From Mobula hypostoma (lineage: Eukaryota), in the NCBI RefSeq assembly GCF_963921235.1, contig NC_086097.1, positions 134,232,001-134,296,000 of the forward strand: 64,000 bases of DNA. The letters are read 5' to 3'. A program made the position numbers and the translations under genes. Each line of letters begins with the position of its first letter. The stretch's first letter is position 1. Below, piece by piece: positions 36,491 to 48,240 of the stretch. The notes under the pieces were generated by a model. The model had not been told where the DNA came from, did not search any database, and saw only the letters and a list, made by a program, of their open reading frames with translations.

Positions 36491-37583
36491 TATATATATA
36501 TATATATTTTTTAACTATAGTAATACTTGTGGCCAAAAGATTGTGGATTGCAGAGATTCAAGAAATTACTTCCATTTTTGGGGTACACAAAACTAAAGGC
36601 CATCAATAAGAGAGTTTCTAATAAATCCAACAAAGAAAAATCCCTTATCTAGAGGAATGATCAAGATTGGAATTTGCTACCACCTTTCACACCAGCATCT
36701 TCTATCCCCAAAAAGGACATAGGCTTCTGGTGCAAGGGATCACTGCCATCTGCAGGACCCCTTCCCAATCACTGATTTGGTAATATATCCCTTTCCTTTA
36801 TATCTGCAAGTTGTAAGTTCTGGATCTGCCTACTCAAGGTGGCTGCTCATTGTCAACTGCTTAAGAGCATTAGAGATGATCATTAGATGCTCACTATGCT
36901 GGTGCCACCACATATTGTAAATAATTAAAAAGAAACTATGAGACAACTAGCACTGAAGCATGCTAAGACAAGGTAGATTAATCTATGAGGAAGAAAGGAA
37001 GGATAAGATGTACTACTATGATTAGTTGAGAATGAGCCCTTGGGGGACATAAAACCTGCATTGACTAGATGGGTTGAAAGGCCTGTTTCTCTGTGGTAAA
37101 TTCTCTAAATTACCAATGCAATGGCAATGTCCAATTAGGACTTTTTACAGATTATCAATGACTGCCCCAGAAGCAGTAATTTTAGGGCTGAAATAAAATA
37201 ACTTTAGGGTCAAGGTTATTTGGAACTTTGAGAAGTGCTGGGAAAGGTCACTAGTGTGTGTGTCTAAACTCTTTTCTCCATTAAGTGGCCTACATTGTAT
37301 CATTACTTCCATACAGTCTGTGTGATGCAGCTCACTGCCCATGGTGTTCTCATCATGCCAGGACTCAGCTCCAAATCTATGCAGAGCCACAGCTGATCTG
37401 TAAACTTACACCTTGCACTACCAACACAAGTAAAGTTTCCCAACTCAGACAGGATGACAAAAAGCAACATAAACATCTGACACTTTCAACTGAAACCATT
37501 GCATTGTCTCCTTAAACATGTCAGTGTCTCTCAAATAGCTTTAATTGAACCAGTGCTCTTTCTTACTGACTAAGGAGCAGTAA

Positions 37584-37831
37584 GGAAGAACAGGTACGTC
37601 GCATCCGGAGTTTCTCCGGTTAATGGACGATTTCCTTCCACACCTCTCTGACGTAGTGGGGAATCGCGTACGAGGCAAGTTACAGCAGTGGTTTGCCATT
37701 GCCTTCTGCCAGGTGAATTTCCAAAGAGATCACCAGCTCGTAACCCAGCACGGATGGAAAACGTGCAGGGGAGATGGCTGACTGGATTTGAACCTGGGAC
37801 CTTCCATCCCAAACGCTGATGCCACTACGCC
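37584..37831 (-). mobile_element. tRNA-derived SINE with perfect 12-bp TSD
   Basis: TSD AAGGAGCAGTAA at 37572-37583 and 37832-37843; minus strand has A-box GGCGTAGTGG, B-box GGTTCAAATCC and core GAAGGCAATGGCAAACCAC. Confidence 0.9.
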
Positions 37832-38189
37832 AAGGAGCAGTAAAGCTAACAGATTTAAGAGGTGGAATTCTTAAGTCTCCAAGAATTTTCCTTCTTCTGC
37901 ACTCCCCACTTTATTTTCTCCCTCCTCCCTAGTCAGATGGCAATTGGCTAATAATGGCTGGGCTACCAAGTCCACAGGGAATCAGCAGTTTCTATATAGG
38001 AGGGAAACAGGAACCTTCCACAGGAATGGCTGTAGCACTGCACAAATTAAAACAATTTAAGATAGCGCTGGTGAAGCACAGTGACTTCTTGTCAGAAGCA
38101 ATCAAAACTATTAACTACTTTATTAATTACCCTTTTTATCTGGACAATTATCACAGTAACCAGTTGCCTGTAACTTCCCTTTTGGAGTT

Positions 38190-38825
38190 GAGCTTTTGAA
38201 CCGCCTACATGACCTGCCATTTTTGCGGTGTGTGAACTCAAGGCTTTAAGTTGCAGAACAGCTGCGGCATGGGATGTATGGGCTGAATCGAGGCAGTGGG
38301 GCCCGGACACAAGAGCAGGGAATGAGCCAATGTTTGGCCATTGTTGGAGTACGCAGAAGCAATGTGATGCGGCTGAACTGAGGGGAGCCCATGAGCGAAG
38401 AAAGACGCAAGGTTTGATCGACTTAAGCACTGGGCTGAATTGAAAAGGTCAGGTATGGGCCTAATAGAGGGAGTGGGGCCCAGGCCCAAGAGTGAGGGAT
38501 AGGACTGTTTAGCTCAATACTCTGCGAGGTTCACTCACCTCTGCATTGAACTGAGGCTGTGGCCCCTAACTAACGAGATACTAGGTTGGCTGCAGTGATA
38601 ACTGGCTTCGCGGCTAGAAACTCACTTTAGTGAGCTTCAGTTGTTCGTTTGCTTTTGTTGTTTGCACGATTTGATTTTTTTTTTGCATATTGGGTGTTTG
38701 ACAGCCTTCTTTTTTTAAATAGGTTCTAATGTTTTTTTCTACTAGATTTTGTGGCTGCCTGTAAGACGAATCTCAAGGTTGTATACAGTATACCTACTTC
38801 GCTAATAAATAAACTTTGAACTTTT
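38190..38825 (+). mobile_element. Putative non-autonomous retroelement with Rex/Babar 3' tail
   Basis: Non-coding GC-rich body ending gaatctcaaggttgtatac..aataaataaactttgaacttttga, like the Rex tails at ~4100 and ~44380. Confidence 0.6.
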
Positions 38826-39194
38826 GAAATTTTCATTGCAAGGGGATAGCATTTTAACAAAATCTTAACTAGTGACAATGTGCTTCAATATAACGAGCCA
38901 GATCACGCAAGTTTGGGCAAACTCTCTGCCTTTACCTGGACCAGGCATCCACAGACTCAAGTTGGTGAGTGAGGTCCCAATAATGATAGGGCCTCGGGCT
39001 GGTGTGGACATAGCTTTGCCTTCTACCAAAGCTGCTGAGGGGTTTTAATTAATAACCTGATGCTAGAATATTTCAAAACTATTACAATTCAAATAATGAA
39101 TGTTTAAAAACATCTAATCCGCTTGTAATAATTAAAAACTCTAAATTAAATAAAAATAACAACAAATTAGGAATATACCTTTCACCCCTCCTTC

Positions 39195-39790
39195 CTCAAT
39201 GTCAACAAGACAAAGGAGATGGTTATTGACTTCAGGAGAACTCAAAACCACTCATGCCCCCCTTTACATCAGCGGCACAGCAGCAGAAACTGCCAGCAGT
39301 TTCAAACTCCTAGGAGTGCACATCTCACACAACCTCTCATGGTCCCAGAACTCATCCTGCACAATCAAGAAAGCTTACCAATGCCTCTGCTTTCTGAGGA
39401 GGCTGAAGAGAGCTGGAATATACGTAACAATACTTATGACCTTCTAGAGAAGCGCAGTAGAGAGCATCCTAATATATTGCATCAATGTTTGATATTGAAA
39501 CTGCAATGCAACGGACAGAAGGCTCTACAATGGGTAGTCATCACTGGCACCAGACTACCCACCGCCAAGGACATACATACAGAAAAGTACCAGAAAAAGG
39601 CCAGCAATATCAAAGGATCCCACCCACCCTGCTCGTGAACAGTTGGTCCCACTCCCATCGGGGAGGAGGCTACTTAGCAACCACACCAGGACAACCAGAC
39701 TCAAAAACAGTTCCTTTCCCCAAGCAGTAAGGCTGATCAACATCTCCACCCACTAACCCACCCCTCCACACCTCCCACATCAACTCCTGC
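39195..39790 (+). mobile_element. Rex/Babar-type LINE fragment (same subfamily as 23155-24070)
   Basis: ETASSFKLLGVHISHNLSWSQN..KKAYQCLCFLRRLKRAG. Confidence 0.85.
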
Positions 39791-40626
39791 CTGAGGAGTG
39801 ACTTGGTTCCACTCCAATTTACCTACCATCATAAAAGATCAAAAGCAGATGCCATTTCATTGGCTCTTCACTGGAACATCTGGACAGTGAAAATGGATAC
39901 ATCATTGACTACAGATCAGCATTCAACACTATCATCCCCTCCAAACTAATGAGTAAGCTCTAAGACCTACTAGGTCTCAATACCTCTTTGTGCAACTGGA
40001 TCCTTGATTTCCTCACTTGCAAACCCCAGTAAGTTCAGATTGGCAAAAACATCTCCTCCACAATCATCATCCGCACAGGTGCAACACAAAACTGCGTACT
40101 TAGCCCCCGCTCTACTCACTTTATACCAATGATTGTGCAGCTTTATACAGCTTCAATGCCATACTTAAGTTTGCTGATGACATCATTGTTGTAGGCCAAA
40201 CCAAACGTGGTCATGAACATAGAACATAGAAAATCTACAGCACATTACAGGTCCTTTGGCCCACAATATAGTTCAAAGTTTACACTAGAAGCTGCCTAGA
40301 ATTTCCTTACCGCATAGCCCTCTATTTTTCTAAGCTCCATGCACCTAAGAGTCTCTTAAAAGACCCTGTTGTAGCCGCCTCTACCACCTTAGCTGGCAGT
40401 GCATTCCATGCACCCACCACTCTGTGTGAAAAACATACCTCTGACATCCCTCTTGTACCTAGTTCCAAGCGCCTTAAAATTATGCCCCCTCGTGCTAGCC
40501 ATTTCAGCCCTGGGAAAAAGCCTCCGGCTATCCACACAATTAATTCCTCTCATCATCTTATACACCTCTATCAGGTCACCTCTCTCATCCTCCGTCGCTC
40601 CAAGGAGGAAAGGTCAAGTTCACTCA

Positions 40627-42152
40627 CCTCCTGCCCCTGCTCCTGCCCCACCGAACTCGTTTCTGCATACCTCGACACTGTTTTATCACCCCTTGTTCAA
40701 TCCCTTCCGACCTATGTTCGTGACACTTCTCACGCTCTTAAACTTTTCGATCATTTTAAGTTCCCTGGCCCCCACCGCTTTATTTTCACCATGGATGTCC
40801 AGTCCTTATATACTTCCATCCCCCATCAGGAAGGTCTCAAAGCTCTACGCTTCTTTTTGGATTCCAGACCTAATCAGTTCCCCTCTACCACCACTCTGCT
40901 CCGTCTAGCGGAATTAGTCCTTACTCTTAATAATTTCTCCTTTTGCTCCTCCCATTTCCTCCAAACTAAAGGTGTAGCTATGGGCACCCGTATGGGTCCT
41001 AGCTATGCCTGCCTTTTTGTTGGGTTTGTGGAACAATCTATGTTCCGTGCCTATTCTGGTATCTGTCCCCCACTTTTCCTTCACTACATCGACGACTGCA
41101 TTGGCGCTGCTTCCTGCACGCATGCAGAACTCGTTGACTTTATTAACTTTGCCTCCAACTTTCACCCTGCCCTCAAGTTTACCTGGTCCATTTCCGACAC
41201 CTCCCTCCCCTTTCTAGATCTTTCTGTCTCTGTCTCTGGAGACAGCTTATCCACTGATGTCTACTATAAGCCTACTGACTCTCACAGCTATCTGGACTAT
41301 TCCTCTTCTCACCCTGTCTCTTGCAAAAACGCCATCCCCTTCTCGCAATTCCTCCGTCTCCGCCGCATCTGCTCTCAGGATGAGGCTTTTCATTCTAGAA
41401 CGAGGGAGATGTCTTCATTTTTTAAAGAAAGGGGCTTCCCTTCCTCCACTATCAACTCTGCTCTTAAACGCATCTCCTCCATTTCACGTACATCTGCTCT
41501 CACTCCATCCTCCCACCACCCCACTAGGAATAGGGTTCCCCTGGTCCTCACCTACCACCCCACCAGCCTCCGGGTCCAACATATTATTCTCCGTAACTTC
41601 CGCCACCTCCAACGGGATCCCACCACTAAGCACATCTTTCCCTCCCCGCCTCTCTCTGCATTCCGCAGGGATCGCTCCCTACACAACTCCCTTGTCCATT
41701 CGTCCCCCCCATCCCTCCCCACTGATCTCCCTCCTGGCACTTATCCGTGTAAGCGGAACAAGTGCTACACATGCCCTTACACTTCCTCCCTTACCACCAT
41801 TCAGGGCTCCAAACAGTCCTTCCAAGTGAGGCATCACTTCACCTGTGAGTCGACTGGGGTGATATACTGCGTCCGGTGCTCCCGATGTGGCCTTTTATAT
41901 ATTGGTGAGACCCGACGCAGACTGGGAGACCGCTTTGCTGAACATCTACGCTCTGTCCGCCAGAGAAAGCAGGATCTCCCAGTGGCCACACATTTTAATT
42001 CCACATCCCATTCCCATTCTGACATGTCTATCCACGGCCTCCTCAACTGTAAAGATGAAGCCACACTCAGGTTGGAGGAACAACACCTTATATTCCGTCT
42101 GGGTAGCCTCCAACCTGATGGCATGAACATTGACTTCTCTAACTTCCGCTAG
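40627..42152 (+). CDS. PLE reverse transcriptase + GIY-YIG endonuclease (partial, N-terminus missing)
   Basis: TMDVQSLYTSIP, QTKGVAMGT, YIDD, LPFLD, YYKPTD (PLE RT); CKRNKCYTC linker; VIYCVRC..C..LYIGETRR..RFAEH..VATHF..GMN (GIY-YIG). The first ~48 aa of the predicted ORF (from 40482) are antisense CR1 read-through. Confidence 0.92.
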
Positions 42153-42443
42153 GCCCCACCTCCCCCTCGTACCCCAGCTGTTACTCATTTTTATGCACAC
42201 ATTCTTTCTCTCACTCTCCTTTTTCTCCCTCTGTCCCTCTGAATATACCTCTTGCCCATCCTCTGGGTCACCCCCCCCGTCTTTCTTCCTGGACCTCCTG
42301 TCCCATGATCCTCTCGTATCCCCTTTTGCCTATCACCTGTCCAGCTCTCGGCTCTATCCCTCCCCCTCCTGTCTTCTCCTATCATTTTGCATCTCCCCCT
42401 CCCCCTCCAGCTTTCAAATCCCTTACTCACTCTTCCTTCAGTT

Positions 42444-42479
42444 AGTCCTGACGAAGGGTCTCGGCCTGAAACGTCGACT
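42444..42479 (+). ncRNA. Minimal type I hammerhead ribozyme motif (PLE-associated)
   Basis: AGTC-CTGACGA-A-GGGT(CTCG)GCCT-GAAAC-GTC-GACT: conserved CUGAnGA and GAAA boxes, stem I AGUC/GACU, stem II, palindromic ACGU stem III. Confidence 0.75.
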
Positions 42480-42890
42480 GCACCTCTTCCTATAGATGCT
42501 GCTTGGCCTGCTGCGTTCACCAGCAACTTTGATGTATGTTGCTTGAATTTCCAGCATCTGCAGAATTCCTGTTGTTCAAGTTCACTCAACCTATTTTCAT
42601 AAGGCATGGTCTCCAATCCAGGCAACATCCTAGTAAATATCATCTGCAGTCTCTTTATAGCACCCATATCCTTCCAGTAATGAGGTGTTTTATTGCAGCA
42701 GCTTTGAGCATCCTAAGAATATAGACCCCAAGATCTTACTGATCCTCCACACTGCCAAGACTCTTACCATTACTATTATATTCTGTCTTCAAGTTTGACC
42801 TTCCGAAATGAACCACTTCACACTTATCTGGCAACACACACAAAATGCTGGTGAATGCAGCAGGCCAGGCAGCATCCATAGGAAGAAGCA

Positions 42891-42932
42891 CAGTCGACGT
42901 TTCAGGCTGAGAACCTTCGTCAGGACTAACTG
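42891..42932 (-). ncRNA. Minimal hammerhead motif, sense to the ZNF407 pre-mRNA
   Basis: Reverse complement cagttAGTC-CTGACGA-AGGTTCTCAGCCT-GAAAC-GTC-GACTg. Confidence 0.6.
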
Positions 42933-43109
42933 AAAGAAGATATAGTAAGAGATTTGAAAGTGGGAGGGGGAGGGGGAGATCCGAAATGATAGGAGAAGAC
43001 AGGAGGGGGCGGGATAGAGCTAAGAGCTGGAAAGTTGATTGGAAAAAGGGATACAAGGCTGGAGAAGGGAGAGGATCACAGTTTGAGTTAGTTACAGATT
43101 CTTTCAGTT

Positions 43110-43145
43110 AGTCCTGACGAAGGGTCTCGGCCCGAAAAGTCGACT
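43110..43145 (+). ncRNA. Hammerhead motif with mutated stem III
   Basis: AGTC-CTGACGA-AGGGTCTCGGCCC-GAAAAGTC-GACT (C>A in ACGT). Confidence 0.5.
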
Positions 43146-46100
43146 GTGCTTCTTCCTATGAATGTTGTCTGGCCTGCTGCGTTCCACCAGTACTTTGTCT
43201 GTGTTGCTTGAACTTCCAGCATCTGCAGATTTCCTCCTGTTTACACTTATCTGGGTTCAACTCCATCTGCCACTTCTCGGCCCAGTTCTACATCCTCTGA
43301 CAACCCTCCAGCCTATCCACAACATCCCTCAACTTTTGTATCATCAGCAAACTTACTAACCCCCTCTTCTACTTCTTCATCCAGGTCATTTATAAAACTC
43401 ACAAAGAGGAGGGGTCCCAGAACAGATCCCTGCGGAACACCACTGATCACCGTTCTCCATGCAGAATACGAGACATCCACAACCACCCTTTGCCTTCTGC
43501 GAATCAGCATAAAGGAGGGAGATTGAAAATCTGGCTGAATGGTGGCACAACAACAACGACCTCTCACTCACACAAGAACCAGAGAGCTGATTATTGACTA
43601 CAGGAGGAGGAAACCAATCCTCATCAGGGGATCAGAGATGGACAGGGTCAGCAACTCCCCAGTGTTATCATTTCAGGAGGTCTGTCCTAGGTCCAGCGCA
43701 TAACCGTCATTACAAAGAAGACAAAGCAGTGCCTCTACTTTCTTAGAAGTTTGCACAATTTTGGCAAGTCATCTAAAATTGTGACAAACTTTGGCAGATA
43801 CGCAGTGGAGAGTATACTGAGTGGCTGAATTACAGCCTGGTATGGAAACACCAATGCCCTTGAACAGAAAATCCTACAAAAAGTAGGGGATACAACCCAG
43901 TTCATCACAGGTAAAACCATCCCCACCACTGAGCACATTTACAAGGAGCACTGTTGCGGGAAAGCAGCATCCATCATCAAGCACCCCCACCACCCAGGCC
44001 ATGCTGTCTTCTCACTGTTGCCATCAGGAAGGAGGTACCAGGAGCCTCAAGTCTCACATCAGTTTCAGGAACAGTTAATGTCCCCCAGCCTTCAGTCTCT
44101 TGAACCAGACTGGATAACTTCACTTATTCCCAACACTGAACTCATTTAACAACCTATGGACTCACTCTTAAGGACTCTGCAACTCGTGTTCTTGATTTAT
44201 TGCTAATGATTTTTTATATTTGCTCAATTTGTTGTCTTTTGTACTTTGGTCATTTGTCGGTCTTGTGTGCAGATTTTCATTGATTCTATTGTGTTTCTTT
44301 GTGTTTACTATGAATGCCCGCAAGAAAATGAATCTCAGGGTACCATTAGTGACATATATGTACTTTGATAAGAAACTTACTTTGAACAGGTGTATTGTAA
44401 ATGACGTCAAATAATCTAAAACATTTTGCTTCTTAATCCTGTAAATCAATTGTATCTGGGATCTTAAGCCAGATATAACCTGGTATAAGATAGGGAAAAT
44501 AACCACTCAAGTCTGTCAGTGAGTCTTAAACTCTTGGCATTTGTGCACAAGTAAATTAATAAATTGGTTTATCTTTGTCACATGTACCAAAGTACAGTAA
44601 AAAACTGTTTTTCATGCCATTAATACAGATTACTTTATCACATCAGTGCAGTGAGGTAGTACAAGGGAAAACAATAACAGAATGCACAATAAAGTGTCAC
44701 AGTTACAGAGTAAGTGCACTGCAGGCAGAGAATTTCAACGTAGAATTTGAGGTCAGAAGTCCATCTTATTGTATAAGGAGATGTTCAAGAGTCTTACATC
44801 GGTGGGATAGAAGCCGTCTTTGAGCCTGCAGATGCACTGTGTAACAAGTGATTCTGCCGCTGAATATCAAGTCAACATTCACACACAAGCAAAAAGGAAT
44901 GGAGAAAACCCTCTTCTCTTGGCACTAAATTTTAACAAAGAGAGGAGGGGAAAGAAGAAAAAGAATTTACTCAAAATTAACTTGCATTTGTGTCTGGGAT
45001 ACTCTTAAGGAGTTGTCTTTGTAAATTTCACTGAGATCACTTGACAGTAGAAAGATAGGAGTAAAGCATCTTATTGACCATATACAAGAGGTTATTCTTG
45101 GTAGTTGGTAAAATCATTGGAAATATCTCTATACCCTCTCCTAACCAGAAAAATAATCTCTGGAGATCGAAAATGATAAAACACAATTCTTTGTTCTTGA
45201 TCTTCACTCTAAAAATTAATGTTTCCCAACGTAGGATGTGACCTTAAATCTTGTCATTCAAGCACTGTGAATAACCATTGAAATAACTGACAGTTAAAAA
45301 TCTCGTAGCCTATGATCACATGTTCACTGTGGATCTTTTAAGAATCTGCACATCTCCATTCAGCACACGATGATTTAATGTAAAGTCCCTAGGGTTTGGA
45401 AATATCTGGTGAATCCTTTTCAAAGCGGATAATTGCGGGATGCAATCTGCTGACTTAATCTATTCCGAAACCAGAGGTGGGCTAAGTCACTTCCCTGACC
45501 ATTAAACCAAGATGCTCCTGTAAATACTGTCATCACTAAGGGGGCGATGAAGCTTAACTGCATCAGGATCTTAACCTTTGCACTGAACATGACTCAAGCT
45601 TTTCTATCCTAGTTCATAAATGTGATTGCGGGTCCATCTTTTGATGCTGCAATTTAATAACTTGGAGTGCTGTCAGTACTCCTTTGAAAAATGGCTCCTA
45701 TAAAATGTAATGACCTCAATCAGATTGTAAAGATTCACCCACTGAAGATTCTTTCATTTCAACCTAGATGAATTAATGTGAAGCTATGCAAAAGTTCAAG
45801 TGGTATTACAACTAATGTAACACGATGGTGTAACTGCAATTCAGAAGAGTTTTTGCCCTGCAATAAATTGGAATTAAATACAATACGATCAAGATTTATT
45901 CTTTGAGAAGGGTTGCTTCACTGAGCTAGAGTATGATAAAAACTACTCTTAGAGGGAAGGGAGGAGTCATTCCACAATGGGGTGTTAAAGAAACAGGACA
46001 AGTGTTCGTCACCTTTCATAAATGTGGTTTATTTTAGTATGAGTCAGCCTGTTAATTCTTCTCAGTGATTGAACTGGGTGTGTGGAGAGCCCAGCCAGAA

Positions 46101-46489
46101 GGTTGCTTGGATATTATTAACAATGATCAGTGCACTGCACTTAGAGTAAATATGGCCAAGAATGAATTAATAGGTGAAGGCTGATATTAGACCTTCTGAA
46201 AATATATCACTGCCAATAGATATAAACTTGAAAGAGGAAACATTTACAAAGCTATAGCAAAACAGCAAGGGACTGGGTCTAATGAGAGAACTCTTTCAAA
46301 GAGCCCACATAGGCATATCAGAAACAGAAGTAGAAGGCTGCCATTCAGACCCTCCAGCTCCACCTTTCAATAAGATAATAACTGATTCTTTACATCAGTC
46401 CCACTTTAATGCACTAACCCAAAGGTCCTTGATTTGTTGATTATATAAAAATCTACTGCTCTCTCTCCTGAATGCACCCGGTGACTGAG

Positions 46490-47100
46490 CCTTCATACAA
46501 CACAGGAACAGGCCCTTCAGCTCACAATGTCTGTACTGAATGATACTGATGAAACCAAGTTTCTTCTGCGTGCACATGATCCAGATCTGCCATTCCATGT
46601 TTATTTATCTAACAGCCTTTTTCATCGTATGACTCTCCAGGCACCTACCAACTTCCACATGAAGAAACTTGCCCACATCTCCATTAAACCTTTCCCCTTT
46701 CAACTTTAACCACAAGTGCTCTGGTGCCGGACATTCCTACCTTAGGAAAAGGATTTGACTGTCTACCATATCTATACCTCTCACAATCTCATAAATTTCC
46801 ATCATGTCTCTCCTCAGCCTCTGTTGCTCCAGAGAGAGCCTAATCCAGGCAGCATCCTGGTAAACTCCCTCGAGACCATTTCTAAAGCCTCCATAATCTT
46901 CCTGTAATGGGGTGCCCAGAATTCCACACAATATTCTAAGGCTGGCCTAACCAACGTTTTATATACTGTAGCTGCAACATGGCTTCCTGTCTCTTATCCT
47001 CATTGTCCCATCCAAGAAAGGCAAGCGTACCATATGCATTCTTCACTAGCCTATCTACTTGCCTGGCCACTTTCAGAGAACTGATGGACGTGGACCTCAA
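46490..47100 (-). mobile_element. CR1 3' fragment
   Basis: gaacaggcccttcagc..aatccaggcagcatcctggtaaa..ccactttcagagaact. Confidence 0.8.
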
Positions 47101-47879
47101 GACTCCTTGGCGATGATATCATAGTTGATTCTTTATTTACCTCAGCCCCGCTTTCCCCTGCATCAACCCCATGTCCTTTCCATATATTCAGTGCCTAAGT
47201 CTGTGTCATTCCCCTTGATAGAGGATTACATAGACACACTGTCCTCACGGCCAAGCATAGGTTAAATGACTATTTCCTGTGCTGTAAGACAGCATGGTAC
47301 ATTGCTAAGCTTGTTTGCATACTGATTCAGGGGAAAATATTCTATTTTCCAAATTACTCTTGAAACCCTGCACCAGTGGTGCCTGGAAGTGAGAAGCACA
47401 TCATAGTGAATTCTCAACAAGGATCAATGTAAAAACATAGCAAATTAAACTGCCACAAGGAAAGCACCATTACACGCAGCTGACAAATGTCCTGCTCATC
47501 CTTAAATAGGCCATCATTCTCATTCACAGCAACCACGGCAGCATTAGATTAATACTCTAAGCACAGAGAACAAAACTCCTCACTGCATTTAATGTGAGAA
47601 CGCATGAGAATTAACTTCACAAGGCTGTGTCGTCAACAGTCAATTTCTCACTTGAGTAGCAGGTGGCATGGTTTGTTTCTGCAGTAAGTTAGTTGCAACT
47701 TTTAGTGGGGCACAGTGCACAGTGAGGTAAACAGCGCATGATTCTTCCCTGCCTCTCTTTCCACTGAAGCACCAAAGGAGCTATAAAAATTAGCAACGTT
47801 TACAAATGTCAAGCAAATTTGAAGTTTAAAACAACAAATATCACTTATTTTAACACACCCTGTTCAATTATTGAGCATG

Positions 47880-48240
47880 AACAGTTCAGTCCCTTTAAGC
47901 CCATGATATCTGTACCAATCATGATGCCAAATGAAACTAATCCCATCTGCCTGTATATGATCTAAATCCTTCCATGTTTATATGTCTGTCTAAATGCTGC
48001 TCAAACACCACTGTCATATCTGCTTTCTCCAGCATTCCAGGCATTCACCACTCTGTGTAAAAAAATACTTGCCCCACACATTTCCCTTAAACTTTCTCCC
48101 TCTCACCTTAAAGCTGTGCCCTCTAGTATTTGACACCTCTACCCTGGGAAAGAGGCTCCAACTACAAGGCCTCTCATTATTTGATACACTTCTATCAGAA
48201 CTCACCTCAGCCTCTGATGTGCCACAGAAAACAATCTAAG
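47880..48240 (-). mobile_element. CR1 3' fragment
   Basis: LFPRVEVSNTRGHSFKVRGRKFKG. Confidence 0.8.

Larger units (their letters stand above)
40627..42575 (+). mobile_element. Penelope-like retroelement (Neptune-like), 5'-truncated, young
   Basis: Perfect 13-bp TSD TCAAGTTCACTCA (40614-40626 / 42576-42588); open RT + GIY-YIG frame; pyrimidine-rich 3' UTR with hammerhead motif. Confidence 0.95.
42832..43242. mobile_element. Inverted pair of PLE 3' ends inserted as one unit
   Basis: Minus copy 42832-~43080 and plus copy ~43095-43242; perfect 12-bp TSD ACACTTATCTGG (42820-42831 / 43243-43254). Confidence 0.9.
40216..43500 (-). mobile_element. CR1 3' fragment split by two PLE insertions
   Basis: aacatagaacatagaa tail at ~40216; pieces 40216-40626, 42576-42831, 43243-43500 encode [49 protein letters not shown]. 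Confidence 0.9.
39800..44390 (+). mobile_element. Rex/Babar-type LINE split by nested insertions (own sequence 39800-40217 and 43501-44390)
   Basis: ..aagtttgctgatgac..ggtcatgaa | gaatcagcataaaggaggagattgaaaatctggctgaatgg..; tail aaacttactttgaac. Confidence 0.85.

Noticed and set aside
40482..40626. N-terminal 48 aa of the 556-aa ORF as a real PLE start
   Set aside because: It lies outside the TSD and is antisense CR1 sequence fortuitously in frame; the PLE is 5'-truncated.
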